Origin: an uncultured Chloroflexia bacterium
GTDB lineage: Bacteria; Chloroflexota; Limnocylindria; Limnocylindrales; CSP1-4
Assembly (NCBI GenBank): GCA_963817245.1
Contig: CAWFNQ010000002.1
Span: forward strand, 35,281-99,280
Length of the DNA: 64,000 bases
Reading direction: 5' to 3'
Position 1 is the first letter of the stretch. Every line of letters begins with the position of its first letter. Positions 8,480 to 16,594 of this stretch are shown here, one piece after another. Made by a program: the position numbers and the translations under genes. The notes under the pieces were generated by a model. The model saw only the letters and a program-made list of their open reading frames with translations. It was not told the DNA's origin and did no database searches.

Positions 8480-9253
8480 ATGAGAGTGTTCGCTGGCATG
8501 TTTGCCATCCTGACCCTGCTCGTCTGGGCCCCTACCGCCGAGGCGACCACCTCCACCACCGACCTCGAGTACGGCCTCCTCAACAAGATCAACGACGCCA
8601 GGTCGGACCATGGACTGCGGCCCCTGCGCCCCCTGTCCGGCGTGTGGTCGATCGCCGGGACGCGCGCCGCGCGGATGGCCAGCACGAACGTCCTGAGCCA
8701 CACGATCGCCGGCAGCCTGTCCGCGCAATTGCGGGCCAAGGACGTCCCCTGGTACGCCTACGGCGAGGACGTCGGGTACACCCGGGCGCAGCGCGGGACG
8801 ACCGCGATGAACGACCTGTTCCGGCTCTGGCAGGCGAGCCCGGAACACTGGAAGCTCATGATGAGCTCGGACTACAACTACATCGGCGTGGGCCTCGCCT
8901 ACCGGTCGAGCAACAACAAGACGTTCGGCTCCCTGGTGTTCACCGAATCGCGCGACCAGACCGACGCCCGTACCTACATGAACGGGGTGTCGACCTCGGG
9001 GTCGAGCGCGACCTGGTCGTGGTGGGGCACCGATCCGGTCCTCCAGACCCACACCGCGGGGCTCCGCTCGTTCGACGTCCAGGTCCGGGTGGACGACGGC
9101 AGTTACCGGACGGTCTCGACCAGCACGACCGCGACCGCGCGGATCTGGACCGGCCTCGACTCCGGGCACGTGTACCGGATGCGGGTCCGGGCCCGCGACC
9201 GGGCGGGCAACATCGGCTCCTGGACGGCGCCGGTCGCGGTCCGGATGCCCTGA
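8480..9253 (+). CDS. Secreted CAP/SCP (cysteine-rich secretory protein family) domain protein with a C-terminal beta-sandwich-like domain
   Basis: Signal peptide MRVFAGMFAILTLLVWAPTAEA. CAP-like region is LLNKINDARSDHGLRPL...MASTNVLSH...WQASPEHWKLMMSSDYNYIGVG. The ATG directly follows the WYL gene stop. Confidence 0.75.
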   Translation: MRVFAGMFAILTLLVWAPTAEATTSTTDLEYGLLNKINDARSDHGLRPLRPLSGVWSIAGTRAARMASTNVLSHTIAGSLSAQLRAKDVPWYAYGEDVGYTRAQRGTTAMNDLFRLWQASPEHWKLMMSSDYNYIGVGLAYRSSNNKTFGSLVFTESRDQTDARTYMNGVSTSGSSATWSWWGTDPVLQTHTAGLRSFDVQVRVDDGSYRTVSTSTTATARIWTGLDSGHVYRMRVRARDRAGNIGSWTAPVAVRMP

Positions 9254-9258
9254 CCTAG

Positions 9259-10665
9259 GTGCGCACCCGGCGCTTCGTCGCGGTCAACCTGATCTCGGAT
9301 CCCATCCACGGGTACATCGACCTCACGAAGCGCCTCACCCGGGCCGAGTCCGCGGCCGCGGGCCTCCCCGACGAGGACGTCGCCGAGCAGGACCTGCTCG
9401 ACACCACCTGGCTGCAGCGGCTGCGCCGGATCAGCCAGCTCCAGAGCGCGCGGTGGGTCTTTCCGACGGCCGAGCATTCGCGGTTCACCCATGGGCTCGG
9501 CGTCATGCACGAGGCCGGCCTGTGGGCTCGATCGCTCTACCCGAGCCTTCGGGACGAGCTGGCCGCGGCCGGCGAACCGATCCCGTCCGAGGGGCTGGTC
9601 GTCGAGACGCTGCGCATCGCCGGGCTGCTCCACGACGTCGGGCACGGCCCGTTCGCCCACTTCTTCGACGAGCAGGTGCTCGCGGCGTTCGCGGCGCCCG
9701 CCGACCCGCGCCGGCCCGGCGGCAAGCGCCTGACCCACGAGGACCTCTCCGGCCGGATCATCGAGGACGAGCTGGGTCCACTGATCCGGGGACTCAGGCG
9801 AGCGCCGGCCGGAGTCCCCGAGCGCGCCGCCTTCGCGAGCGACGAGCACCTCGATCCCGCCTGGGTGGCCTACCTGATCTCGAAGCCGGCGCTCGTCGAC
9901 GAGTCGATGCCGCGCTGGCTGCGCTGGCTGCAGCCACTCCTGTCGGGCGTCTTCACGGTCGACAACCTCGACTACGTCCGCCGCGACTCGTACCTGACCG
10001 GCGTCGCGGCCGGACCCGTGGACGTCGAGCGGCTGCGGCGCTACGCGTTCATCTCGTCGCGAGGGCTGACCCTCTACGAGCCCGGGCTCGGCGCCCTGGA
10101 GATCTTCCTGACGGCTCGTCGGTTCATGTACCAACAGGTCTACTTCCATCGGACGGTCCGCGCGATCGACCTCGACCTGGCGGCCGTCTTCGGGCCCTCG
10201 ATCGTCGCGCTCGCCGGCGACCGGTCGCCCGTCGAGGACCTGCGCGCCTACGCCGACCTTGACGAGTACGCGCTCCTGCACCAGGCCGCGCGCTGGGCCC
10301 GCGGCGAGTCCGTCTCGGCGCATCCGCTGGCGGGCGACGGCACCGCCACCCCGGCCATCGCCGATGCCTGGCGGGCGATCCTGCTCCGCCAGCCGACGTG
10401 GCGCGCCGACCGCGAGATCCGCGCCGAATACGAGCCCGGGGGCCGGCCGGACGACCGCATCGCCGCCCTCGGTGCGCCCGAGCCGGGCCGGACGGCGATC
10501 GATCTCGCCGAGGTCGACGCTCGCCCGGCCGGGACGGACGCCGATGCGCTCCTGGCGCTCGAGGCCCGCGACGGCTCGACGATGTCGTTGTCGGACGCGC
10601 TCGCCTCGATCCCGCCGTACTGGCTCATCGCGCGGCGCTACCGGCGGATCACCCCGCCCGCCTGA
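9259..10665 (+). CDS. HD-domain deoxynucleoside triphosphate triphosphohydrolase-like protein (SAMHD1/EF1143-type)
   Basis: DPIHGYIDLT...WLQRLRRISQLQSARWVFPTAEHSRFTHGLGVMHEAG...LLHDVGHGPFAHFFDE...DNLDYVRRDSYLTGV are the characteristic motifs of SAMHD1-like dNTPases. 468 aa, intact. Confidence 0.8.
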   Translation: MRTRRFVAVNLISDPIHGYIDLTKRLTRAESAAAGLPDEDVAEQDLLDTTWLQRLRRISQLQSARWVFPTAEHSRFTHGLGVMHEAGLWARSLYPSLRDELAAAGEPIPSEGLVVETLRIAGLLHDVGHGPFAHFFDEQVLAAFAAPADPRRPGGKRLTHEDLSGRIIEDELGPLIRGLRRAPAGVPERAAFASDEHLDPAWVAYLISKPALVDESMPRWLRWLQPLLSGVFTVDNLDYVRRDSYLTGVAAGPVDVERLRRYAFISSRGLTLYEPGLGALEIFLTARRFMYQQVYFHRTVRAIDLDLAAVFGPSIVALAGDRSPVEDLRAYADLDEYALLHQAARWARGESVSAHPLAGDGTATPAIADAWRAILLRQPTWRADREIRAEYEPGGRPDDRIAALGAPEPGRTAIDLAEVDARPAGTDADALLALEARDGSTMSLSDALASIPPYWLIARRYRRITPPA

Positions 10666-10668
10666 CCC

Positions 10669-11761
10669 CTAGGGGGTCGTGTCCGAGGGGACCTCGCTCG
10701 CCTTCTTCGCCTTCTTGCGGTCCGGCAGGACGAGCATCGGATCGATGCGCGCGATGACCAGGCGGGGCAGCTTCATCCGCTTGGCGACCGACGCGTCGAT
10801 GCCGAACTGGTCGGTCTCCTGCGGGCTGAACAGGCCGTAGTGGAGGTGGCAACCCGACGCGCGACCCGTCATCCCCTCGTAACCGAGGAACTGGCCCGCC
10901 TTGATGGTCTGCCCCTTCTTGACCACGATCTTGCCGAAGTGCGCGTACATGCTCCGGTAGCCGTTGCCGTCGTCGACGACGATCACGATCGGCAGCGTGT
11001 TCCAGAGCTGCTTCTGGTCGAGGCGACGGGTATACGGGCCGAGGTCGCCGATCCAGCCGATCTGCGAATCGAAGTGCCGGCCGGCGGCCAGGACCGTGCC
11101 CGCATGGGCGGCGACGATGCGGTCCCCGCAGAACGTCGCCAGGTCGATGCCGTCGTGGAAGTTCTTGCCGTCGACGAGATGCGAGCCCCACGGCGAGGGC
11201 CCGAACGGGAGGGTCAGGCGGGCGTTGGGGATCGGCCAGCGATAGCCGGTGAGGGTGGCGGGGTCCGGTCCGTGGAGCGGCGTCGCGACCGCGACCGTGC
11301 CGCTGCCGCCGGCATCATCGCCGCGGCTCGTGTGCGCCGCTTGCGTCGCTGGGGCTGCTGTCGCCCGTGGACCCGCCACCCGACACGATCGCGGCCCCGC
11401 CCTCGGAGGCGAGGGGCTCCCTCGACGGCAGTGCCACGCTGAAGATCGGGCCGCCGATATCGGTCGGGTCGGGCGTCGCGACCACGCCCGCCACCTCGCC
11501 GATCGTCGGTCCGGGCTGACCGCCCAGTGTGCCCGTGGCGTACACCACGCCACCGACGACGAGGACGATGCTCATCAGCGCGAGGAACCGCCAACGACCA
11601 CGCCCACGGCGCGCTCGACGCTCGCGCTCGTCGAGGGGTCGCGGGAGCGTGTCGAGAGGGCGCGGCCTCCGCGACCGGTCGTTCCTGGGCACCGGCGATG
11701 TGTAACACCGCTGGCCGAGGCCTGCAAGCGCGACCCGCGGAACCACGCGGTCAGCGGGCAT
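10669..11761 (-). pseudogene. M23 family metallopeptidase with N-terminal membrane anchor; one frame change near 11340; start uncertain (11761 or 11575)
   Basis: C-terminal ORF 10669-11553 has HDGIDLA...GYRSMYAHFGKIVVKKGQTIKAGQFLGYEGMTGRASGCHLHYGLF (M23 motifs). The N-terminal piece in ORF 11315-11896 is RWRFLALMSIVLVVGGVVYATG...GGGSTGDSSPSDASGAH, which joins TSRGDDAGGSGTVAV in another frame. Confidence 0.75.
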
Positions 11762-11807
11762 CGGCCGCCCGCTAGGATGGCCTTGCCGACACCCACAGGA
11801 GTGACCG

Positions 11808-12863
11808 ATGACCCTTCCCACCGAACCGATCGGCAGCATCCCCCGGCCCCCCGTGCTCGTCGAGGGCATGGGCGCGGCGGCGGCCGGCCGGATCACCCCC
11901 GAGGAACTCGACGCGCTCTACGACGACGCCGTGCGCGACACGATCCGGCGATTCGAGGCGACCGGCTCGCCGGTCATCACGGACGGCGAGCAGCGCAAGC
12001 CGAGCTTCGCGACCTACCCGGTCGCCGGCCTGCCGCTCGGGTCGGGCGGCGTGACGATCCCCTTCGAGGACGGCCACACGCGGCAGCTGCCGACCCTCAC
12101 GACCGCCCCGTTCCGCTATGCCACCAAGGCGTACGAGTATCTCGACGGCGCCCGCCCGATGACGACGACGCCCCTCAAGCAGGCGGTGATCTCCGCGTCG
12201 GCGATCAGCCTCATGTACCCGGGCGACGGCATCGCCGGATATCCACGTGAGGCCTTCATCGAGGACCTCGTCCGGGAGGCGGCCTCCGAGATCCGCGGCT
12301 GCCTCGACCGGGGTGCGATCGTCCAGATCGACTTCACCGAGGCCCGACTGTCGCTCAAGCTCGACCCGTCGGGCGGGCTCCTCGGTGCCTTCGTGGACCT
12401 GAACAACCGGGTGCTCGAGGGTCTGTCCGACGCGGATCGGGCCCGGGTCGGCGTCCATTCCTGCCCGGGCGGCGACCAGGACTCGACCCACAGTGCCGAC
12501 GTGGACTACGAGTCCCTGCTGCCGATCCTGTGCCGCCTGAACGTTGGCTCGTTCTACGTCCAGCTCGCGAGCGAAGCGGATCGAGCGCCGGCGCTCCGGA
12601 TCCTCGGCGAGCGGGCCGGCAGTCGCCGCGTCTTCGTGGGGGTGATCGACCCGATCGACCCGCGCGTCGAGACGCCCGAGGAGGTCCGGGACCGCATCGT
12701 CGAAGCCGCTCGCTTCATCGATGTGGAGCATCTCGGGACGACCGACGACTGCGGGTTCTCGCCGTTCGGGGACGACCTCTCGACGTCGCGGGACACGGCG
12801 TTCGCCAAGATCCGGGCGCGGGTCGAGGGGAACGCCATGGCCTCGGCCGAACTCGGCGTCTAG
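11808..12863 (+). CDS. Cobalamin-independent methionine synthase family protein (MetE C-terminal-domain-like)
   Basis: MTLPTEPIGSIPRPPVL...ITDGEQRKPSFATYPV...VHSCPGGDQDSTHSADVDY...GTTDDCGFSPF is the typical short MetE-like (Meth_synt_2) protein. An AGGAG Shine-Dalgarno (SD) sequence lies upstream. Confidence 0.75.
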   Translation: MTLPTEPIGSIPRPPVLVEGMGAAAAGRITPEELDALYDDAVRDTIRRFEATGSPVITDGEQRKPSFATYPVAGLPLGSGGVTIPFEDGHTRQLPTLTTAPFRYATKAYEYLDGARPMTTTPLKQAVISASAISLMYPGDGIAGYPREAFIEDLVREAASEIRGCLDRGAIVQIDFTEARLSLKLDPSGGLLGAFVDLNNRVLEGLSDADRARVGVHSCPGGDQDSTHSADVDYESLLPILCRLNVGSFYVQLASEADRAPALRILGERAGSRRVFVGVIDPIDPRVETPEEVRDRIVEAARFIDVEHLGTTDDCGFSPFGDDLSTSRDTAFAKIRARVEGNAMASAELGV

Positions 12864-12866
12864 ACC

Positions 12867-14486
12867 TCAGTTGGGAGTCGAGCCGGGCAGCACCGCGACG
12901 TTCAGCCAGCGCGACCCGGTCGCGCGGCGCATGACGAACGTGAGATCGAACGGCTTCGTCTCGGTCGACAGGAGCTTGCCCGCGGCGTCGTAGGTCTCCT
13001 CGGTCACCGTGCCGGTCGAATCGAGACCCAGGCTCAGGCCGGTCTGCAATCCGAACGGCCGGCGGATCGACATGTCGATGGCGTCGAACGTGTAGTGCGC
13101 AATGGTCGCCTTCCCCGACGACGTGGCCTCCTGCAACCGCTGCTGCATCTCGAGCAGGCGGTCGCCGTGGTCGATCGCCGGGAGGATGGACGCGTCGCGC
13201 CGGAGGAGCGCCTGGTTCTCGAGCTCGATGTTCTCGGCAAGCGTCTGGACGATGTCTCGCGCGCCCTTGTCGGTGATCTCGTTGTCCCAGTCCGTGACGT
13301 CCTTGCCGACCGTGATGGCCGGGAACGTCGCCGGATCGACCTGGTGGGGCACCTGGTCGAGGACCTCGGCCATGTCCGGCCCGATGAGGCCGCGCGCCGG
13401 CGTCCCGGCGGCGACGATCCCGACGCCGAGCCCGAAGACGGCGACGACCAGGACGAGCACCCCGGCGATCCCGCGGAGGGCGCCGGCGCCCGGCTTGCCG
13501 ATGGCCAGTCGCGAAGCGAAGCGACCGACCTGGTCGCCCGCGGACCGCGGCTCGGGGACGAGCCGGTCGAGGATCGGGCGGGCCGCGCAGATGACGACGA
13601 GGCCCGCGAGCAGGCCCACCTTCGTCCCGAACTCGTTGGTCTGCGGCGCCATGAGCAGCGTGCTCGTGATCGCGACGAGCAGGCCGAACAGCACGCGACC
13701 GACCTGCCCACCCGGCGTCGTCTTCGGATCCGTGATCATGAAGAACAGGAAGATCAGGACCTCCGGCGAGGTGACGATCACCCGCCAGAAGTCGAACCCG
13801 CAGACGGGCGCGAACGCCCAGTTCGCGGTCATGCAATGACCGGAGCCGGCGAGGATCCCGACGCCGATCGTGAGCGAGACCCAGAACGTGGCGGCCAGGA
13901 CCAGCAGGTGCAGCCGACGGGTGATGAGCACGCCGCCGGTGATGATCACGGCGTACGCGATGAGCATCCACGGGTCGGTGAGTGGCGCCCACCAGAAATC
14001 GAGCGGCTCGACCCGCGAGCTCCCGAGGACGACGAAGGTGACGACGAGCCCGATGTTCGACGGGTTGAAGACGTGCGTCCCGCGGTACTTGATGACGTAC
14101 TTCGTCAGGAGCGAGAGTCCGGCGACGACCGCGAAGACGTACCAGGCGTAGGTGTTCCACGGGTCGTCCGGCGGCGTGCCCACGACGCGCAGGATCAGGG
14201 CCACGCCGCTGCCGGTGAGCATGGCGCTGGCCGGCCACACGAAGGCGCGCGACGACCGGAAGGTCAGGGCGACCTCGATGATCGCGCAGGTGATGATCGC
14301 CGCGAGGATCTGCGGGATGCTGACCCGGAAGTGGAGCCCCACCTGACCGAGGACGTGGATCGTGATGATCACCGACGCGACGTGCAGGCGCGGATCCCGG
14401 ATGCTCGGCAGGAAGACCGGATAGGTCGTGCCGCCCAGCGTGAGAGTCCGCGACGGCGGCCGGGCAGGGGTCGGCGCGGCGGTCAT
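12867..14486 (-). CDS. Polytopic membrane protein (N-terminal NqrB/RnfD-like region, tentative) with a C-terminal extracytoplasmic domain
   Basis: 539-aa intact ORF with about 9 predicted TM segments (e.g. HVFNPSNIGLVVTFVVLG), then a soluble tail (EITDKGARDIVQTLAENIELENQALLRRD...). Family assignment is from memory of the FNP motif only. Confidence 0.6.
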   Translation of the reverse strand: MTAAPTPARPPSRTLTLGGTTYPVFLPSIRDPRLHVASVIITIHVLGQVGLHFRVSIPQILAAIITCAIIEVALTFRSSRAFVWPASAMLTGSGVALILRVVGTPPDDPWNTYAWYVFAVVAGLSLLTKYVIKYRGTHVFNPSNIGLVVTFVVLGSSRVEPLDFWWAPLTDPWMLIAYAVIITGGVLITRRLHLLVLAATFWVSLTIGVGILAGSGHCMTANWAFAPVCGFDFWRVIVTSPEVLIFLFFMITDPKTTPGGQVGRVLFGLLVAITSTLLMAPQTNEFGTKVGLLAGLVVICAARPILDRLVPEPRSAGDQVGRFASRLAIGKPGAGALRGIAGVLVLVVAVFGLGVGIVAAGTPARGLIGPDMAEVLDQVPHQVDPATFPAITVGKDVTDWDNEITDKGARDIVQTLAENIELENQALLRRDASILPAIDHGDRLLEMQQRLQEATSSGKATIAHYTFDAIDMSIRRPFGLQTGLSLGLDSTGTVTEETYDAAGKLLSTETKPFDLTFVMRRATGSRWLNVAVLPGSTPN

Positions 14487-14564
14487 CGTTCGATCCTTGA
14501 CACCGGGCGATGTGTAACACCGCGGCCCGTGCCCGGCAAGTCAGGCCTGGTTGCCGCGCGCCTC

Positions 14565-14593
14565 TTGCATGAAATCTAGACTATGCGTATAGT
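14565..14593 (+). promoter_or_regulatory. Candidate sigma-A-type promoter for the dap leader: TTGCAT -17 nt- TATAGT
   Basis: -35 TTGCAT is at 14565-70 and -10 TATAGT at 14588-93, in a locally AT-rich patch. The ATG at 14601 lies 7 nt after the -10, consistent with a leaderless start. Palindrome GACTAT-GCGT-ATAGTC (14579-94) overlaps the -10. Confidence 0.5.
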
Positions 14594-14600
14594 CACGCAC

Positions 14601-14681
14601 ATGCACCGTCACCTCTTCTCGAGCGACTCGAAGAAGAAGCTCTGGCGGCCCTGCCGGGAGGCACGGGCCCTGGGGCTCTAA
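14601..14681 (+). CDS. Candidate 26-codon leader peptide MHRHLFSSDSKKKLWRPCREARALGL with three consecutive Lys codons
   Basis: Hand translation from ATG 14601 to TAA 14679-81, with AAG AAG AAG at 14631-39. It lies between the candidate promoter and a terminator upstream of the lysine/DAP biosynthesis operon. Confidence 0.45.
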   Translation: MHRHLFSSDSKKKLWRPCREARALGL

Positions 14682-14730
14682 CGGCGCGTCGACGACGAAC
14701 CGGGGCCTCCAGGGAACGGAGGCTCCAGGG

Positions 14731-14763
14731 GCCGCGGCACCACGATGGTGACCGCGGCTTTTT
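14731..14763 (+). terminator. Intrinsic terminator/attenuator upstream of dapB
   Basis: GCCGCGGCACC (14731-41) pairs with GGTGaCCGCGGC (14747-58) with one bulge and loop ACGAT. It is followed by TTTTT (14759-63), 51 nt before the dapB ATG. Confidence 0.65.
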
Positions 14764-14814
14764 CATGCCTCCCTCCGGCGGCCCCTCACCGACGAACAGT
14801 GAGGGCAGACCGAT

Positions 14815-15540
14815 ATGCAGATCACGATCCTCGGCGACGGGCCGCTCGGCCGGGCCGTCGCCGACACCGCCCGCGAAGCCGGGCACGACGTCCGGATCGT
14901 CGGCCGCGCGGCCGGCGGCCGACATGACCCCGGTTCGCTCGGCGGCGATGTCGTCGTGGAGTGCTCACGGGCGGACGCGGTGGCCACGAACGTGGCGGCC
15001 GCACTCGACGCGGGCGTCCGGCGACTCGTCATCGCCACGACCGGCTGGGGTGCCGACCGCGAGCTGATCGCCGGCCTGGTCGCTGGACGGGACGCGGCGG
15101 CCGTCGCCTCGTCGAACTTCAGTCTCGGCGTCGCGCTCTTCGGGCGGCTCGTCGACGCCGCCGTCGACCTCTTCGGCCGGGTCGACGGCTTCGATCCGTA
15201 TCTCGTCGAATGGCACCGCCGGGCGAAGCGCGACCGACCGTCCGGCACGGCGCGCGACCTCGCCGAGCGGATCGCCGCCCGGCATCCGGGTCTCGCGACG
15301 CCCGACGACCTCGAGGTCGTGTCGGTGCGGGCCGGCTCGTCGCCGGGCATGCACCTCGTCGGGTTCGACGCCGCGGGCGAGACCCTCGAACTCCGGCTGA
15401 CGGCCCGGGACCGAACGGCCTACGCCGCCGGGATCCTCGCCGCGGCCGACTGGCTGACGCGTGCCGATCGACCGGCCGGCCTCCACCCCTTCGACCCGAT
15501 CGTCGACGAGCTCATCGCTCGCCGCGCGATCGCCGCCTAG
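14815..15540 (+). CDS. dapB: 4-hydroxy-tetrahydrodipicolinate reductase
   Basis: MQITILGDGPLG...VIATTGW...EWHRRAKRDRPSGTA...SVRAGSSPGMHLVGF are DapB signature regions. 241 aa, intact. Confidence 0.85.
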   Translation: MQITILGDGPLGRAVADTAREAGHDVRIVGRAAGGRHDPGSLGGDVVVECSRADAVATNVAAALDAGVRRLVIATTGWGADRELIAGLVAGRDAAAVASSNFSLGVALFGRLVDAAVDLFGRVDGFDPYLVEWHRRAKRDRPSGTARDLAERIAARHPGLATPDDLEVVSVRAGSSPGMHLVGFDAAGETLELRLTARDRTAYAAGILAAADWLTRADRPAGLHPFDPIVDELIARRAIAA

Positions 15541-15613
15541 TCCACGCGCGACCACGCCCCGATCCGTCGCACCACCCGACGACACCGCCCGACCGACCCG
15601 AAAGGAGATCCCG

Positions 15614-16594
15614 ATGACCCGCACCGTCCGATCCACCCGCCCGATGCTCCGCGGCGCGTTCACGGCCCTCGTGACCCCGTTCAGTGCCGACGGCACCCTC
15701 GACGAGGCCGCGTTCCGACGGCTCGTCCGCTGGCAGATCCTCGCCGGGATCGACGGGCTGGTCCCGTGTGGCACGACCGGCGAGTCCCCCACCCTTACGG
15801 AGGCCGAGCGCGAGCGGCTCATCGCCGCGACCGTCGAGGTCGCCACGGAACGGGACGCCCGGCCTCGCGTCCGCGTGGTCGCCGGGACTGGCACCAACGA
15901 CACGGCCGCCACGATCCGGGCGACGCGCCGCGCCGCCGAGCTCGGCGCCGATGCCGCATTGGTCGTCGCCCCGTACTACAACCGGCCCGACGGCCGGATG
16001 CTCGAGGCGCATTACCGGGCCGTCGCCGACGAGGGCGACCTGCCGATCGTCGTCTACAACGTCCCGAGCCGGACGGGCACGAACGTCGACGCCGACACGT
16101 TCCTGCGGCTCGCGGAGCACCCGCGCGTGGTCGCGGTCAAGGAGGCGAGCGGCAACCTCGACCAGATCGCCCGGATCTGCCGCGACCGTCCGCGCGACGT
16201 CGCCGTCCTCGCGGGCGACGATGCCTGGACGCTGGCGGTCCTGGCGATGGGCGGTGACGGCGTCGTGTCGGTCGCCTCGAACGAGGTCCCAGGCGAGCTC
16301 GTCGGCCTATGTGCGGCGGCGACGGCTGGTGACTGGGACGGCGCACGACGGATCCACGAACGCTGGCTGCCGCTGTTCCAGGGCAACTTCCGCGGCGGAC
16401 CGAACCCGGTCCCGGCGAAGGCCGCCCTGGCCCTCATGGGCCTGATCGAGACGGACACCGTCCGGGCGCCCCTGTTGCCGCTCGACCCGGACGCCCGCGC
16501 CGCGATGGCCACGACGCTTCGCGGCCTCGGCCTGCTCGAGGCGGCCGGCGGCCGCATGTCGACGCCGGCGGCGACGCAGGAGGCCGTGGCATGA
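15614..16594 (+). CDS. dapA: 4-hydroxy-tetrahydrodipicolinate synthase
   Basis: GAFTALVTPFSADGTLDEAAF...GIDGLVPCGTTGESPTLT...VVAPYYNRP...IVVYNVPSRTG...AVKEASGN is DapA-like. AAAGGAG SD at 15601-07 and ATG at 15614. Confidence 0.85.
   Translation: MTRTVRSTRPMLRGAFTALVTPFSADGTLDEAAFRRLVRWQILAGIDGLVPCGTTGESPTLTEAERERLIAATVEVATERDARPRVRVVAGTGTNDTAATIRATRRAAELGADAALVVAPYYNRPDGRMLEAHYRAVADEGDLPIVVYNVPSRTGTNVDADTFLRLAEHPRVVAVKEASGNLDQIARICRDRPRDVAVLAGDDAWTLAVLAMGGDGVVSVASNEVPGELVGLCAAATAGDWDGARRIHERWLPLFQGNFRGGPNPVPAKAALALMGLIETDTVRAPLLPLDPDARAAMATTLRGLGLLEAAGGRMSTPAATQEAVA

Noticed and set aside
7319-9169. Very long ORFs antisense or out of frame to recognised genes, e.g. 7319-9169(-) 616 aa, 36890-39601(-) 903 aa, 31700-34360(+) 886 aa, 17516-19447(-) 643 aa, 12715-14520(-) 601 aa, 25391-26488(-) 365 aa and 28031-29731(+) 566 aa.
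   Set aside because: Their translations are Arg/Pro/Gly/Asp-rich low-complexity strings typical of wrong-frame reading of high-GC DNA. They overlap genes with clear family motifs on the other strand or frame. Only short segments of 31700-34360 (the EamA N-terminus) are real.
10666-10675. The CCCCTAGGGG palindrome between the convergent HD and M23 genes as a bidirectional terminator. CTAGGGG also recurs at ~24465 and ~30636.
   Set aside because: A 10-bp palindrome with no loop cannot form a stable hairpin, and it simply contains the M23 gene's stop codon. The other CTAGGGG occurrences share no extended context.
14601-14763. Lysine (L-box) riboswitch in the dapB leader.
   Set aside because: The ~160-nt leader is shorter than a typical L-box. 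I could not find the conserved L-box elements I remember, such as the AGAGGxGC 5' strand or the multi-helix junction. A short ORF with a Lys-codon run plus a terminator fits better.
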